DNA from: Anaeramoeba ignava BMAN
Lineage: Eukaryota; Protista; Anaeramoebae
DNA length: 64,000 nt
Reading direction: 5' to 3'
Assembly (NCBI GenBank): GCA_028826165.1
Contig: JAPDFW010000086.1
Span: 186,001-250,000 of the forward strand
Of the stretch, positions 1 to 12,519 are shown one piece after another. The notes under the pieces were generated by a model, which saw nothing but the letters and a program-made list of their open reading frames with translations, was not told the origin of the DNA and ran no database searches. Position numbers and translations under genes: made by a program. Each line of letters begins with the position of its first letter. The stretch's first letter is position 1.

Positions 1-1267
1 AAATTTTGATTTAAATTTGAATTTTCATTTAAATTTTCATTTATATTTTCATTTATATTTTGATTTTCATTATTTTCATTTAAATTGTTTTCTGATTCTG
101 TATTTGATTCTATATTTATTTCTGTTTTTTCTTTCTCATTTTTATTTGTTTTTTGTAATTCACTTCTTTTTTGAAATAATAAAAGTGATGCATTTGAATC
201 AACTAATTGTTTTCTTCTTAAATTCATTATTCTTAACATTAATGTTGGAATTCCATCTTTTTTACAAATTACTGCTTTTTTAGAAAATAATAAAGTTAAT
301 GCTCTTGATTCTGGTTGACTTTATTATAAAATGATGAAAAGAATTGATTTTTTTAAATTGATTTTTTTGAATTGATTTTTTTGAATTGATTTTTTTGAAT
401 AAAATTTACCTAAATTTTCTATAAAGTAAACCAATACAAATCGCATCTTCAAAAATTCCAACTAAAACTTGAAACATAACAATAATATTTGAATAAGTAC
501 AATAACCTGGATCATCAACTCCATAACCAATCTAAAATAATTAATTTTAAATTTTAGTTTTGATTTTGATTTTAATTTTCATTTTCAATTTTAATTTTAA
601 TTTTGATTTTGATTTTAATTTTGATTTTGATTTTAATTTTGATTTTGATTTTAATTTTGAATTTGATTTTGATTTGAATTTGATTTTGATTTTGATTTTG
701 ATTTTGATTTTGATTTTAATTTTAATTTTGATTTTGATTTTGATTTTAATTTTGATTTTAATTTTAATTTTAATTTTGATTTTGATTTTGATTTTGATTT
801 TAATTTTGATTTTGATTTTAATTTTGATTTTGATTTTGATTTTGATTTTAATTTTTTCAGTTGAATATTTTATCTCACAAAAAAACACAAACAGTAGCTT
901 GAGTATGAACAGAAAAGAAGTAACAATTCCAAAAAGAAGGATGTTCCATATGCATATCAGACATTTTTGGATAATACAAAGCAGCAAAAAACAAGAAAGT
1001 AACAAGATAACCAAAAATAATGATAGGAAGTAAAGCTTTCCATGGGAGTCTAATTAACAAATGGAAAGGACTGTTTATTTTGTCTCCATATTCACTCGTA
1101 GCTTTCTTCAAAGATATATCAATATGTCCGCTACGATCAACTAATCGTAAATGCTTCCTGTTTCCTTCTTTATTACTTATAAGTGTTTTGTTTTCTTCTT
1201 TTTCTTTCTTTCCTTTTATCCTCATATCGTTTTCACTGCTTATTTCTAACTCATCTGTGTGTGACAT
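1..1267 (-). CDS. Inward-rectifier K+ channel (Kir family), 3' end runs off window; exons 1267-893, 531-410, 318-<1
   Basis: Splicing at GTTTGT..TAG and GTAAAT..AAG joins FFSVHTQAT|IGYG (K+ selectivity filter), followed by KFSQPESRALTLLFSKKAVICKKDGIPTLMLRIMNLR, typical of the Kir cytoplasmic domain. Confidence 0.92.
545..855. repeat. Hexamer microsatellite (ATTTTG/ATTTTA)n filling Kir intron 1
   Basis: Direct reading; source of spurious IL/KI ORFs. Confidence 0.95.
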
Positions 1268-1352
1268 CAAAATAAATTTATTAAATAATTTTTAAATAAT
1301 GAATAATGAATAAAAAAATGAATTTTTTTATTTTAGAAAAAATTTTTTTTTC

Positions 1353-3150
1353 ATCAAAAATAAAATTAAAAAGATAATCTTTATTTAAAAATTTTAAATT
1401 ATAAATAATAAATAATTAATTTGGAAATATTTCTTTAATAATAATTTTAAATTGATTTATTTGATTATTTATTATTAAATTCAAATTATTTTAAATAAAT
1501 AAATTTATCTCAAAAATAATCAAAAATAAAATTAAAAAGATCATCTTTATTTAAAAATTTTAAATAATAAATAATAAATATTTAATTTGGAAATATTTCT
1601 TTAATTATAATTTTAAATTGATTTATTTGATTATTTATTATTAAATTATAATTATTTTAAATAAATAAATTTATCTCAAAAATAATCAAAAATAAAATTA
1701 AAAAGATCATCTTTATTTAAAAATTTTAAATAATAAATAATAAATAATTAATTTGGAAATATTTCTTTAATAATAATTTTAAATTGATTTATTTTATTAT
1801 TTATTATTAAATTCTAATTATTTTAAATAAATAAATTTATCTCAAAAATAATCAAAAATAAAATTAAAAGATCATCTTTATTTAAAAATTTTAAATTATA
1901 AATAATAAATAATTAATTTGGAAATATTTCTTTAATTATAATTTTAAATTGATTTATTTGATTATTTATTATTAAATTCAAATTATTTTAAATAAATAAA
2001 TTTATCTCAAAAATAATCAAAAATAAAATTAAAAATATAATCTTTATTTAAAAATTTTAAATAATAAATAATAAATATTTAATTTAGAAATATTTCTTTA
2101 ATAATAATTTTAAATTGATTTATTTTATTATTTATTATTAAATTCAAATTATTTTAAATAAATAAATTTATCTCAAAAATAATCAAAAATAAAATTAAAA
2201 GATCATCTTTATTTAAAAATTTTAAATTATAAATAATAAATAATTAATTTGGAAATATTTCTTTAATAATAATTTTAAATTGATTTATCTTTATTATTTA
2301 TTATTAAATTCTAATTATTTTAAATAAATAAATTTATCTCAAAAATAATCAAAAATAAAATTAAAAAGATCATATTTATTTAAAAATTTTAAATAATAAA
2401 TAATAAATATTTAATTTGGAAATATTTCTTTAATAATAATTTTAAATTGATTTATTTGATTATTTATTATTAAATTATAATTATTTTAAATAAATAAATT
2501 TATCTCAAAAATAATCAAAAATAAAATTAAAAAGATCATCTTTATTTAAAAATTTTAAATAATAAATAATAAATATTTAATTTAGAAATATTTCTTTAAT
2601 AATAATTTTAAATTGATTTATTTTATTATTTATTATTAAATTCTAATTATTTTAAATAAATAAATTTATCTCAAAAATAATCAAAAATAAAATTAAAAAG
2701 ATAATCTTTATTTAAAAATTTTAAATTATAAATAATAAATAATTAATTTAGAAATATTTCTTTAATAATAATTTTAAATTGATTTATTTGATTATTTATT
2801 ATTAAATTCTAATTATTTTAAAAATAAATTTATCTCAAAAATAATCAAAAATAAAATTAAAAAGATCATCTTTATTTAAAAATTTTAAATTATAAATAAT
2901 AAATAATTAATTTAGAAATATTTCTTTAATAATAATTTTAAATTGATTTATTTGATTATTTATTATTAAATTATAATTATTTTAAATAAATAAATTTATC
3001 TCAAAAATAATCAAAAATAAAATTAAAAAGATAATCTTTATTTAAAAATTTTAAATAATAAATAATAAATAATTAATTTGGAAATATTTCTTTAATAATA
3101 ATTTTAAATTGATTTATTTTATTATTTATTATTAAATTCTAATTATTTTA
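1353..3150. repeat. Tandem satellite, ~166-bp unit, ~11 copies, intergenic
   Basis: Marker TCTCAAAAATAATC recurs at 1508, 1674, 1840, 2005, 2171, 2337, 2503, 2669, 2833, 2999. Confidence 0.95.
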
Positions 3151-3216
3151 AAAAAAAAATTGTAAAAAAAATTTTATCAAAAAAAAAAAATTTTAAAGTA
3201 TGAAGAATAAAAGGGA

Positions 3217-4771
3217 TCAATTATAAGAAGGAAGATTCCAAAAAGTTGGATCGAAATCTAAGAGGGAAGAAAGAGTTTGAGCTGGTAATTTTTGACGTAA
3301 AGAAAGGTCTAGTTCTGGGTCAGGAACATGAATAACTGGGAAACCACCATTAATACCAGCAGCGACTCCATTGAGAGAATCTTCAAATACTAAACATTCT
3401 GCTGGGGACAAATTGAGATTTTTTGCTGCCAAAAGAAATATTTCTGGATCAGGTTTACTGTTCTTAATTTTATCTGATGTTATTATTTCATCAACTAATT
3501 CAATAAATTTATGTTTTTTTGTTTTTAATCCAAATGTTTCTTTTGCACTACTTGTTGCTATTGCTATTGGAATTTTGTTTTTATGCAGGTGTTCAATTAC
3601 TATTTGTTTTAATTTTCCAAAAAAATTTCATTCAATTTTTTTGATTTTGATTTTTTTCATTTTTTTCATTTTTTTCATTTTACATTTTTCTGCTCCTGGC
3701 ATTGCTTTACATTCAGGGAATTTTGAATGTAAAATTGGTTTTCTTTTTGTTAAAAATTCTTCTGTTGTAAATGGTAATTCTAATTCCTATTTAATTTTAA
3801 TTTTAATTTTAATTTTAATTTTTAATTTTAATTTTAATTTTAATTTTAATTTTAATTTTAATTTTAATTTTAATTTTAATTTTAATTTTAATTTTAATTT
3901 TGAATTTTAATTTTAATTTTAATTTTAATTTTAATTTTAATTTTTAATTTTAATTTTAATTTTAATTTTTAATTTTCAATTTTAATTTTAATTTTAATTT
4001 TAATTTTAATTTTAATTTTAATTTAATTTTAATTTTAATTTTAATTTTAATTTTAATTTTGATTTTTAATTTTAATTTTAATTTTAATTTTAATTTTAAT
4101 TTTAATTTTAATTTTAATTTTGATTTTAATTTTAATTTTAATTTTAATTTTAATTTTTAATTTTAATTATAATTTTAATTTTTGATTTGATTTTAATTTT
4201 AATTTTAATTTTAATTTTAATTTTAATTTTAATTTTAATTTTAATTTTAATTATAATTTTAATTTTAATTTTAATTTTGATTTTAATTTTAATTTTAATT
4301 TTAATTTTAATTTTGATTTTGATTTTAATTTTAATTTTAATTTTGATTTTAATTTTAATTTTAATTTTAATTTTAATTTTAATATTAATTTAAATTTTAA
4401 TTTTAATTTTGAATTATAATTTTAATTTTAATTTTAATTTTAAATTTAATTTTAATTTTAATTTTAATTTTTATTTCAAATTCAATTTCAATTTTGATTT
4501 TAATTTTGATTTTTATTTTCAATTCATGTTCTTTTTCTGTTCAAATTAAAAAATAAATTATATATACTTTAATTAAAACTAAAGCACCAACTTCTGGACT
4601 TGCACCCATTATTTTTAATTTTAAATCAAGTGTATATTTTTTACCTGGAGATACAACATCTAAAAATTCTTGTAATGCTTCAGCATAAATTAATTCAGTA
4701 TCTAAAAGTAATCCATCAAGATCAAAAATACATCCTTTAATTTCTTTCTTGTTTTCCATTTTAAATTCCAT
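3217..4771 (-). CDS. HAD-superfamily hydrolase, pseudouridine-5'-phosphatase (PUDP/HDHD1)-like; 3 exons (4771-4568, 3786-3684, 3599-3217)
   Basis: Motif I IFDLDGLLLDTE, then MPGAEKLIEHL, IAIATSS, KPDPEIFL and CLVFEDSLNGV; both introns are GT-AG. Start could be ATG 4759. Confidence 0.9.
3790..4520. repeat. (TTTTAA)n hexamer array in HAD gene intron 1
   Basis: Direct reading. Confidence 0.95.
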
Positions 4772-4939
4772 TTTATTTAAAGAAGAAAAAATGAAAATTA
4801 ATTTTTTCAAATTAAAAAATTTTTTTTTCTTTTATTTTTTTTTTTCCATTAATTTCTTTTCTTAATTTATTTTGAAGTTAACAAAAAAGAAATTAAGAAT
4901 TTGAATTTCGAAAATAATAATAAAAAATAATTTCAAAAT

Positions 4940-5585
4940 AATTTAATTTTAATTTTAATTTTAATTTCAAAATGAATTTTAATTTTAATTTTAATTTTAA
5001 TTTTAATTTTAATTTTAATTTTGATTTTGATTTTGATTTTGATTTTGATTTTGATTTTGATTTTAATTTTAATTTTAATTTTAATTTTAATTTTGATTTT
5101 AAATTTTAAATTTTAATTTTAATTTTAATTTTGATTTTAAATTTTGATTTTGATTTTAATTTTAATTTTAATTTTAATTTTAATTTCAATTTTAATTTTA
5201 ATTTTAATTTTAATTTTAATTTTTGATTTTAATTTTAATTTTAAATTTGATTTTGATTTTGATTTTGATTTTGATTTTAATTTTAATTTTAATTTTAATT
5301 TTAAATTTAATTTTGATTTTAATTTTAATTTTAATTTTAATTTTAATTTTAAATTTTAATTTTAATTTTAATATCAATTTAAATTATAATTTTAATTCTA
5401 ATTTGATTTTAATTTTAATTTTAATTTTAATTTTAATTTTAATTATAATTTTGATTTTAATTTTAATTATAATTTTAATTTTAAATTTTAATTTTAATAT
5501 TAATTTTTATTTTAATTTTAATTTTAATTTTAATTTTATTTTTAAATTTTAATTTTAAATTTAATTTTAATTTTAATTTTAATTT
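4940..5585. repeat. (TTTTAA/TTTTGA)n intergenic hexamer array
   Basis: Direct reading. Confidence 0.9.
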
Positions 5586-5599
5586 GTAAATTTGGATCG

Positions 5600-7789
5600 C
5601 TATCGATTTTTTCTATCATTCACAATAATATAAATAAAACCATCAGGATGTTTACAATATTCTGCAAGCCACCAACAAGGAGTATCTAATGGAGGCATTA
5701 TTCCTTGAATAACAATTTGAAAATTTTGTTGAATATTTTCAAATTTTTCAATTAAATTAATTTCATCATTTTTTTCTTGATTTTCACTTTGATTTTCATT
5801 TTCATTTTGAATTTCATTTTGATTTTCAAATTGACTACTTTCATCAGTTTCAATTGAAAGAGCTTCTGGTTTTGAATCACTTTTTAGCAATTGTTGATTA
5901 TCTATTTTCTTAAAAATTCCATATTTTTCAAGTGCTTGATATAAAAGAGTTTCTTCTCCATCATTTTGTGGTGAAATTGGAAGTTGTCTTAATTTTCCTT
6001 GATATATTAATCTTGTGGCAAGTGATTTCTCGTTTTTATAATCAAAACCAAGTTGTGAAAGTGAAGAAATATATTCTTTTTGATTTACTTTTAATTTTAA
6101 TTTTAAAATGAATTTTAATTTTAATATTAATTTTAATTTTAATTTTAATTTTAATTTTAATTTTAATTTTAATTTTAATTTTAATTTTAATTTTAATTTT
6201 AATTTTAATTTTAATTTTAATTTTAATTTTAATTTTAATTTTAATTTTATAAATGAATTTTAATTTTAATTTTTAATTTTATAAATGAATTTTAATTATA
6301 ATTTTAATTTTAATTTTAATTTTAATTTTAATTTTAATTTTAATTTTAAATTTGATTTTAATATTAATTTTAATTTTAATTTTAATTTTAATTTTAATTT
6401 TGATTTTAATTTCAATTTTAATATTAATTTTAATTTAAATTTTAATTTTAATTTTAATTTTAAATTTAATTTTGAATTTAATTTTTAATTTCAAAATGAA
6501 TTTTAATTTTAATTTTAATTTCAAAATCAATTTTTACTCAAAAAAGCATTTTTAATTAATTCACTCTGAAAAAGTGGATTAAATTTATCAATATAAGCTG
6601 TTGAACCACAAAGTAAAAAACAAGATTCTTTAAAAGAATGAAAAAAAAGTTGTTCCATTTCTGCTTGTGAAATTTTAAATAAAATATTATCAGGAAATGA
6701 AGTAAAATGTGCTGTTAATTCCCATGGTAAAAATTTTTTCCCCATTTCTCCTGTAATTGTATCATAAAGAACGCCTGTTGGTTGATACCTTTTCACAATA
6801 ATTTGAATTTAATTTTAATTTTGATTTTAATTTTGATTTTAATTTTAATTTTAATTTTAATTATAATTTTAATTTTAATTTTAATTTTAATTTTAATTTT
6901 AATTTTAATTTTAATTTTAATTTTAATTTTAATTTTAATTTTAAATTTAATTTTAATTATAATTTTAATTTTAATTTCATTTTAATTTTAATTTTGATTT
7001 TAATTTTAATTTGAATTTAATTTTAATTTGAATTTTGAATTTAATTTTAATTTTAATTTTGATTTTAATTTAAATTTCATTTTCAATTTCATTTTCAATT
7101 TCATTTTAATTTAATTTTAAATTTGATTTTCAATTTGATTTTAATTTTAATTTTAATTTTAATTTTGATTTAAATTTTGATTTTGATTTTAATTTTGATT
7201 TTAATTTTAATTTTAATTTTAATTTTAATTTTAATTTTTATATTGATTTTCGATTTTGGTTTTGATTTTAATTTTAAATTTGATTTTAATTTTAAATTTA
7301 AATTTAATTTTAATTTTAAATTTAATTTTAAATTTAAATTTCATTTTCAATTTAAATTTAATTTTAATTTTAATTTTAATTTTCAATTTTGATTTTAAAT
7401 TTGTTTTTTAAAATTTTTTTACCATTTTAAAGGAATTTTATTAAAATCTAACCATAAATTCTTTTCTAAATCAATTGCTTTATCAGAATTTTTTTCAATA
7501 AATTCTTTTAATGCATCTTCAAAATAATTAATAATATCTTGAGAAATGGTGAATAAATAAGACATTCTTGAAGACATAGTCTTAAATAAAAAATTTAATT
7601 AAAAAGTTTCAATTAAAGTTTCAGTTAAAAATTTAAATAAAAATTTTTAATTATTTTTTTTTCTTTTTTTTTTACATAAAATGGTTGTATCTTTTTTTTA
7701 TTATTTGTTAACATTTCTTCTCCAAGATTAATTATTAATGGAATTGAACCTTCCCAAATTAATTTTTGAATTTCTTCTCCTTGTTGCAT
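5600..7789 (-). CDS. ATG5: Autophagy protein ATG5; 4 exons (7789-7676, 7580-7423, 6788-6538, 6087-5600)
   Basis: IWEGSIP, PLKW|YQPTGVLYD, LPWELTAHF, HSFKESCFL (conjugation Lys region) and C-terminal IQGIMPPLDTPCWWLAEYCKHPDGFIYIIV match ATG5 hallmark motifs; GT-AG introns, two filled with hexamer repeats. Confidence 0.9.
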
Positions 7790-7935
7790 TTTTTTTTGTT
7801 TTTTTTTTTTATTAATTAATTAATTGATTTAAAAAAAAAATAAATTGAAAAGAAAAAAAATGAAAAAAAAAATTCAAATAAAAATTTCAAAATAAAATGG
7901 AACAAAAAAAAAAGAAAATATTTAAGGAATTGTTT

Positions 7936-10900
7936 TTAATTTAGAATTGAATTTAAATTTTCTGAAATTATTTCCATTAATTGTTTCATTATTTGACGAA
8001 GTTTTTTTATATCATTTTCAAAATCTTTTATTTTCCTTTTTAATTTCCTATTTTCAAGTAAAATTGTTACTAAAGGTTTTTCCATTTCTTTTTCAAAATT
8101 GAAATTAAATTCTTTTTCATTTTGATTTTGATTTTGATTTTGATTTTGATTTTCAATTTGATTTAGATTTTGATTTTGATTTTGATTTTGATTTAGATTT
8201 TGATTTTGATTTTCAATTTCATTTTGATTTTGATTTTGATTTTCAATTTGATTTAGATTTTGATTTTCAATTTGATTTTGATTTAGATTTTGATTTAGAA
8301 TTTGATTTTGATTTAGATTTTGATTTTGATTTTGATTTTGATTTTGATTTTGATTTTGATTTTGATTTTGATTTTGATTTTGATTTTGATTTAGATTTTC
8401 ATTTTGATTTTGATTTAGATTTTGATTTTCAATTTGATTTTGATTTAGATTTTGAATTTGATTTTGATTTAGATTTTCATTTTGATTTTCAATTTGATTT
8501 TGATTTTGATTTTCATTTTGATTTTCAATTTGATTTTGATTTTGATTTTGATTTTCAATTTGATTTTGATTTTGATTTTGATTTTGATTTTCATTTTTGA
8601 TTTAGATTTTGATTTTGATTTTGATTTTCATTTTGATTTTGATTTTGATTTTCATTTTCATTTTGATTTTGATTTTGATTTTCAATTTGATTTTGATTTT
8701 GATTTTGATTTTGATTTTGATTTTGATTTTGATTTTGATTTTGATTTTGATTTTGATTTTGATTTAGAATTTGATTTTGATTTTGATTTTGATTTTGATT
8801 TTGATTTTGATTTTGATTTAGATTTAGATTTTGATTTTGATTTTGATTTTGATTTTGATTTTGATTTTGATTTTGATTTTGATTTTGATTTTGGAACTCA
8901 ATTTTGAATTCATTGTGATTGTGAAATTCAATTTTAAATTGATTTTGATTTTGATTTTCATTTTGATTTTCATTTTGATTTTGATTTTCATTTTGATTTT
9001 CATTTTCATTTGGAAAATAATTTGGAAAATAATCTTTAATCATTCGAGAAATTAAATTATCGCAAATACATTCAATTTCATTTAAATTTTGAATAGCTGA
9101 TTGGACTATTTTAGAATTTGGAATTTGATCAAGAAGAATTTTAGTTTCTTGAATTAAAGAAATGATATGAGAATCACATTTAAAAAAAGTGAAAGGATTT
9201 TGATTATTTTCATTATTTTGATTTTCATTATTTTCATTATTTTCATTATTTTCATTATTTTCATTATTTTCATTTTGATTTTGATTTTGATTTTGATTTT
9301 GATTTTGATTTTGATTTGGAAGTATTATTGAGAAAATTTCACTTGGTTCAGAAAAACTAATTGATGATTGATTTTCAGAAATTGAAGGTGTTGAAAAATC
9401 AGAACAACAATTTGGACTGGATTCTTCTTCAATTTTAGCAAATAATTCTTGATCTTTTGGTGAAAGGAAATGAAAATTATTTTGATATTCAAAAATTTTT
9501 GCTTCAAAAACATTTTTTCCTCCTAAATTAATTAATTTTAAAACTACTTTTGCTTGAAAAATATCACCAGTTAATCTTTTGAAGAAAAAAGGGAAATAAT
9601 ATTTTGCTGAAACGTGACTATAGAATAAAAGAAAAGTGAATTAAATATTATGAATTAAATATTATGAATTAAATATTATAAATTAAATATTCTAAATTAA
9701 ATATTATAAATTAAATATTCCAAATTAAATATTTTAAATTAAATATTATAAATTAAATATTATAAATTAAATATTTTAAATTAAATATTCCAAATTAAAT
9801 ATTATAAATTAAATATTCCAAATTAAATATTTTAAATTAAATTTGATGAATTAAAATATTATAAATTAAATATTATAAATTAAATATTTTAAATTAAATA
9901 TTTTAAATTAAATATTATAAATTAAATATTATAAATTAAATATTATAAATTAAATATTATAAATTAAATATTATAAATTAAATATTATAAATTAAATATT
10001 ATAAATTAAATATTATAAATTAAATATTATAAATTAAATATTATAAATTAAATATTATAAATTAAATATTTTTAAATTAAATATTATAAATTAAATATTT
10101 TAAATTAAATATTATAAATTAAATATTATAAATTAAATATTATAAATTAAATATTATAAATTAAATATTATAAATTAAATATTATAAATTAAATATTTAT
10201 AAATTAAATATTATAAATTAAATATTATAAATTAAATATTATAAATTAAATATTATAAATTAAATATTTCAAATTAAATATTATAAATTAAATATTATAA
10301 ATTAAATATTAAATTAAATATTATAAATTAAATATTATAAATTAAAATATAAATTAAAAAATAAAATAAAATATTATAAATTAAATATTTATAAATTAAA
10401 TATTATAAATTAAATATAAAAAAATATTATAAATTAAATATTATAAATTAAATATTATAAAATTAAATATTATAAATTAAATATTATAAATTAAATATTA
10501 TAAATTAAATATTATAAATTAAATATTATAAATTAAATATTTCAAATTAAATATTATAAATTAAATATTATAAATTAAATATTATAAATTAAATATTATA
10601 AATTAAATATTATAAATTAAATATTTTAAATTAAAATTAAATTATAAATTAAATCAAAATAAATAATTTAAATTAAATATTATAAATTAAATATTATAAA
10701 TTAAATATTATAAATTAAATATTATAAATTAAATATTATAAATTAAATATTATAAATTAAATATTATAAATTAAATATTATAAATTAAATATTATAAATT
10801 AAATATTATAAATTAAATATTATAAATTAAATATTATAAATTAAATATTTTAAATTAAATATTTCAAAATTAAATTTTATAAATTAAATATTATAAATTA

Positions 10901-11796
10901 AATATTTCTAAATTAAATATTATAAATTAAATATTATAAATTAAATATTATAAATAAAATATTATAAATTAAATATTATAAATTAAATATTATAAATTAA
11001 ATATTATAAATAAAATATTTCCAAATTAAATATTTCCAAATTAAATATTATAAATTAAATATTATAAATTAAATATTCCAAATTAAATATTATAAATTAA
11101 ATATTATAAATTAAATATTTCAAATTAAATATTATAAATTAAATTTGATGAATTAAATATTTCAAATTAAATATTATAAATAAAATATTATAAATTAAAT
11201 ATTTCAAATTAAATATTTTAAATTAAATATTATAAATTAAATATTACAAATTAAATATTCCAAATTAAATATTCCAAATTAAATATTATAAATTAAATAT
11301 TATAAATTAAATATTATGAATTAAATATTCCAAATTAAATATTATAAATAAAATATTATAAATTAAATATTATAAATCAAATATTTCTAAATTAAATATT
11401 ATAAATTAAATATTATGAATTAAATATTATAAATTAAATTTGATGAATTAAAATATTTCCAAATTTGTTATGTCAAATTGATTGAATTAGTGAAGTGTAT
11501 TTTTTAAATAAAAATGATAAAACTTACTTATGAGCACTAAATACATGTCTTTTAAGCAGATCTTGAGAACGAATAAAAAAAGAATTGGGTTGAGTTTTGG
11601 GAATAAAGTTTAAAAGACTAAGTTTTTTCTTATTAACTCTGCGACAAAGAAACAAAACAGCAAAAGATTCATTAATTTTATAAAATTTTAAATTGTTTTG
11701 AACGATTGCAATTGGTTTTTTTGAGATCTCAAAAGATTCTAAAAAATTATGTAGTTTAGGCTTTTCAATTTTAATTAAATGTTCAAAATTTCCCAT
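7936..11796 (-). CDS. PAS-like domain protein with long (NQ)n tract and C-terminal coiled coil; intron 11527-9618; one +1 frameshift at ~8595
   Basis: N-terminus PIAIVQNNLKFYKINESFAVLF..IPKTQP..FKRLTGDIFQAKV is PAS-like. The GTAAGT..TAG intron joins in frame with ORF 8591..9043. Removing one T at ~8595 continues the frame to ..ISENLNSILN* at 7936. Confidence 0.65.
9640..11460. repeat. 15-mer (AAATTAAATATTATA)n array in 1.9-kb intron
   Basis: Direct reading. Confidence 0.95.
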
Positions 11797-12519
11797 TTAT
11801 TTAATTTTTATTTAATTGTTAATTAAAAATTTTGCGAAATATTCCTTTTGTTTTTTTAAATGAAAAATGAAGTAAAAAATTATTAAAAATTTTTTTTTTA
11901 AATTTGAAAATGAAGAAAGAAAGAAAAAATTGAATGAAAAACAACAACAAAGCAAAGTAAATCAAATTTAAAATTATTATTAAAATTAAAATGAAAAATG
12001 ATCAATTATAATTTATTTTACAAAAAACTCCCCTAGATCAAAAATTAAAGATATTAAAATTTTAAAAGAATAAAACAAAAAAGAGAAAATGAATTTATTT
12101 TGTTGTTTTTTTGTTTGTTGTTTTAATTTCTTTATTGAATTTTGACTTAAATTTTTATTGAAATTTTTATTTCCAAAAAATCCCCCAGATCAAAAGGAAA
12201 ATTCTCAATTAAAAAAAGAAAGAAGAAAATTAATTCAATTAAAAAAAGAAAGAAGAAAATTAATTCAAATCAAATAAAATTCAAATCAAATTCAAATCAA
12301 ATTCAAATAAAATTCAAATCAAATTCAAATCAAATTCAAATCAAGAATTTTATTTAAGATGGTTAAATTATATTTGAATTTTATTGATCTTCTTCTTTCT
12401 TTTTTGTTCTTTCTTTTTTCTTTTTTCCACATTTTTTTTTTGAAAGCAAAATTAAATATTAAATGAAAAGAAAATAAATTATTTATTTGCTATAAATTAA
12501 AATATAAATCAAATAAAAT

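Noticed and set aside
241-285. Apparent frameshifts in Kir exon 3 (and in Rab5 exon 2 at ~54940)
   Set aside because: Recounting the homopolymers shows both exons are in frame
547-7392. Poly-IL, KI and NF ORFs (and similar IKLF, YI, FKIYYY ORFs elsewhere)
   Set aside because: Translations of stop-free tandem repeats in introns or intergenic DNA, or antisense to real exons
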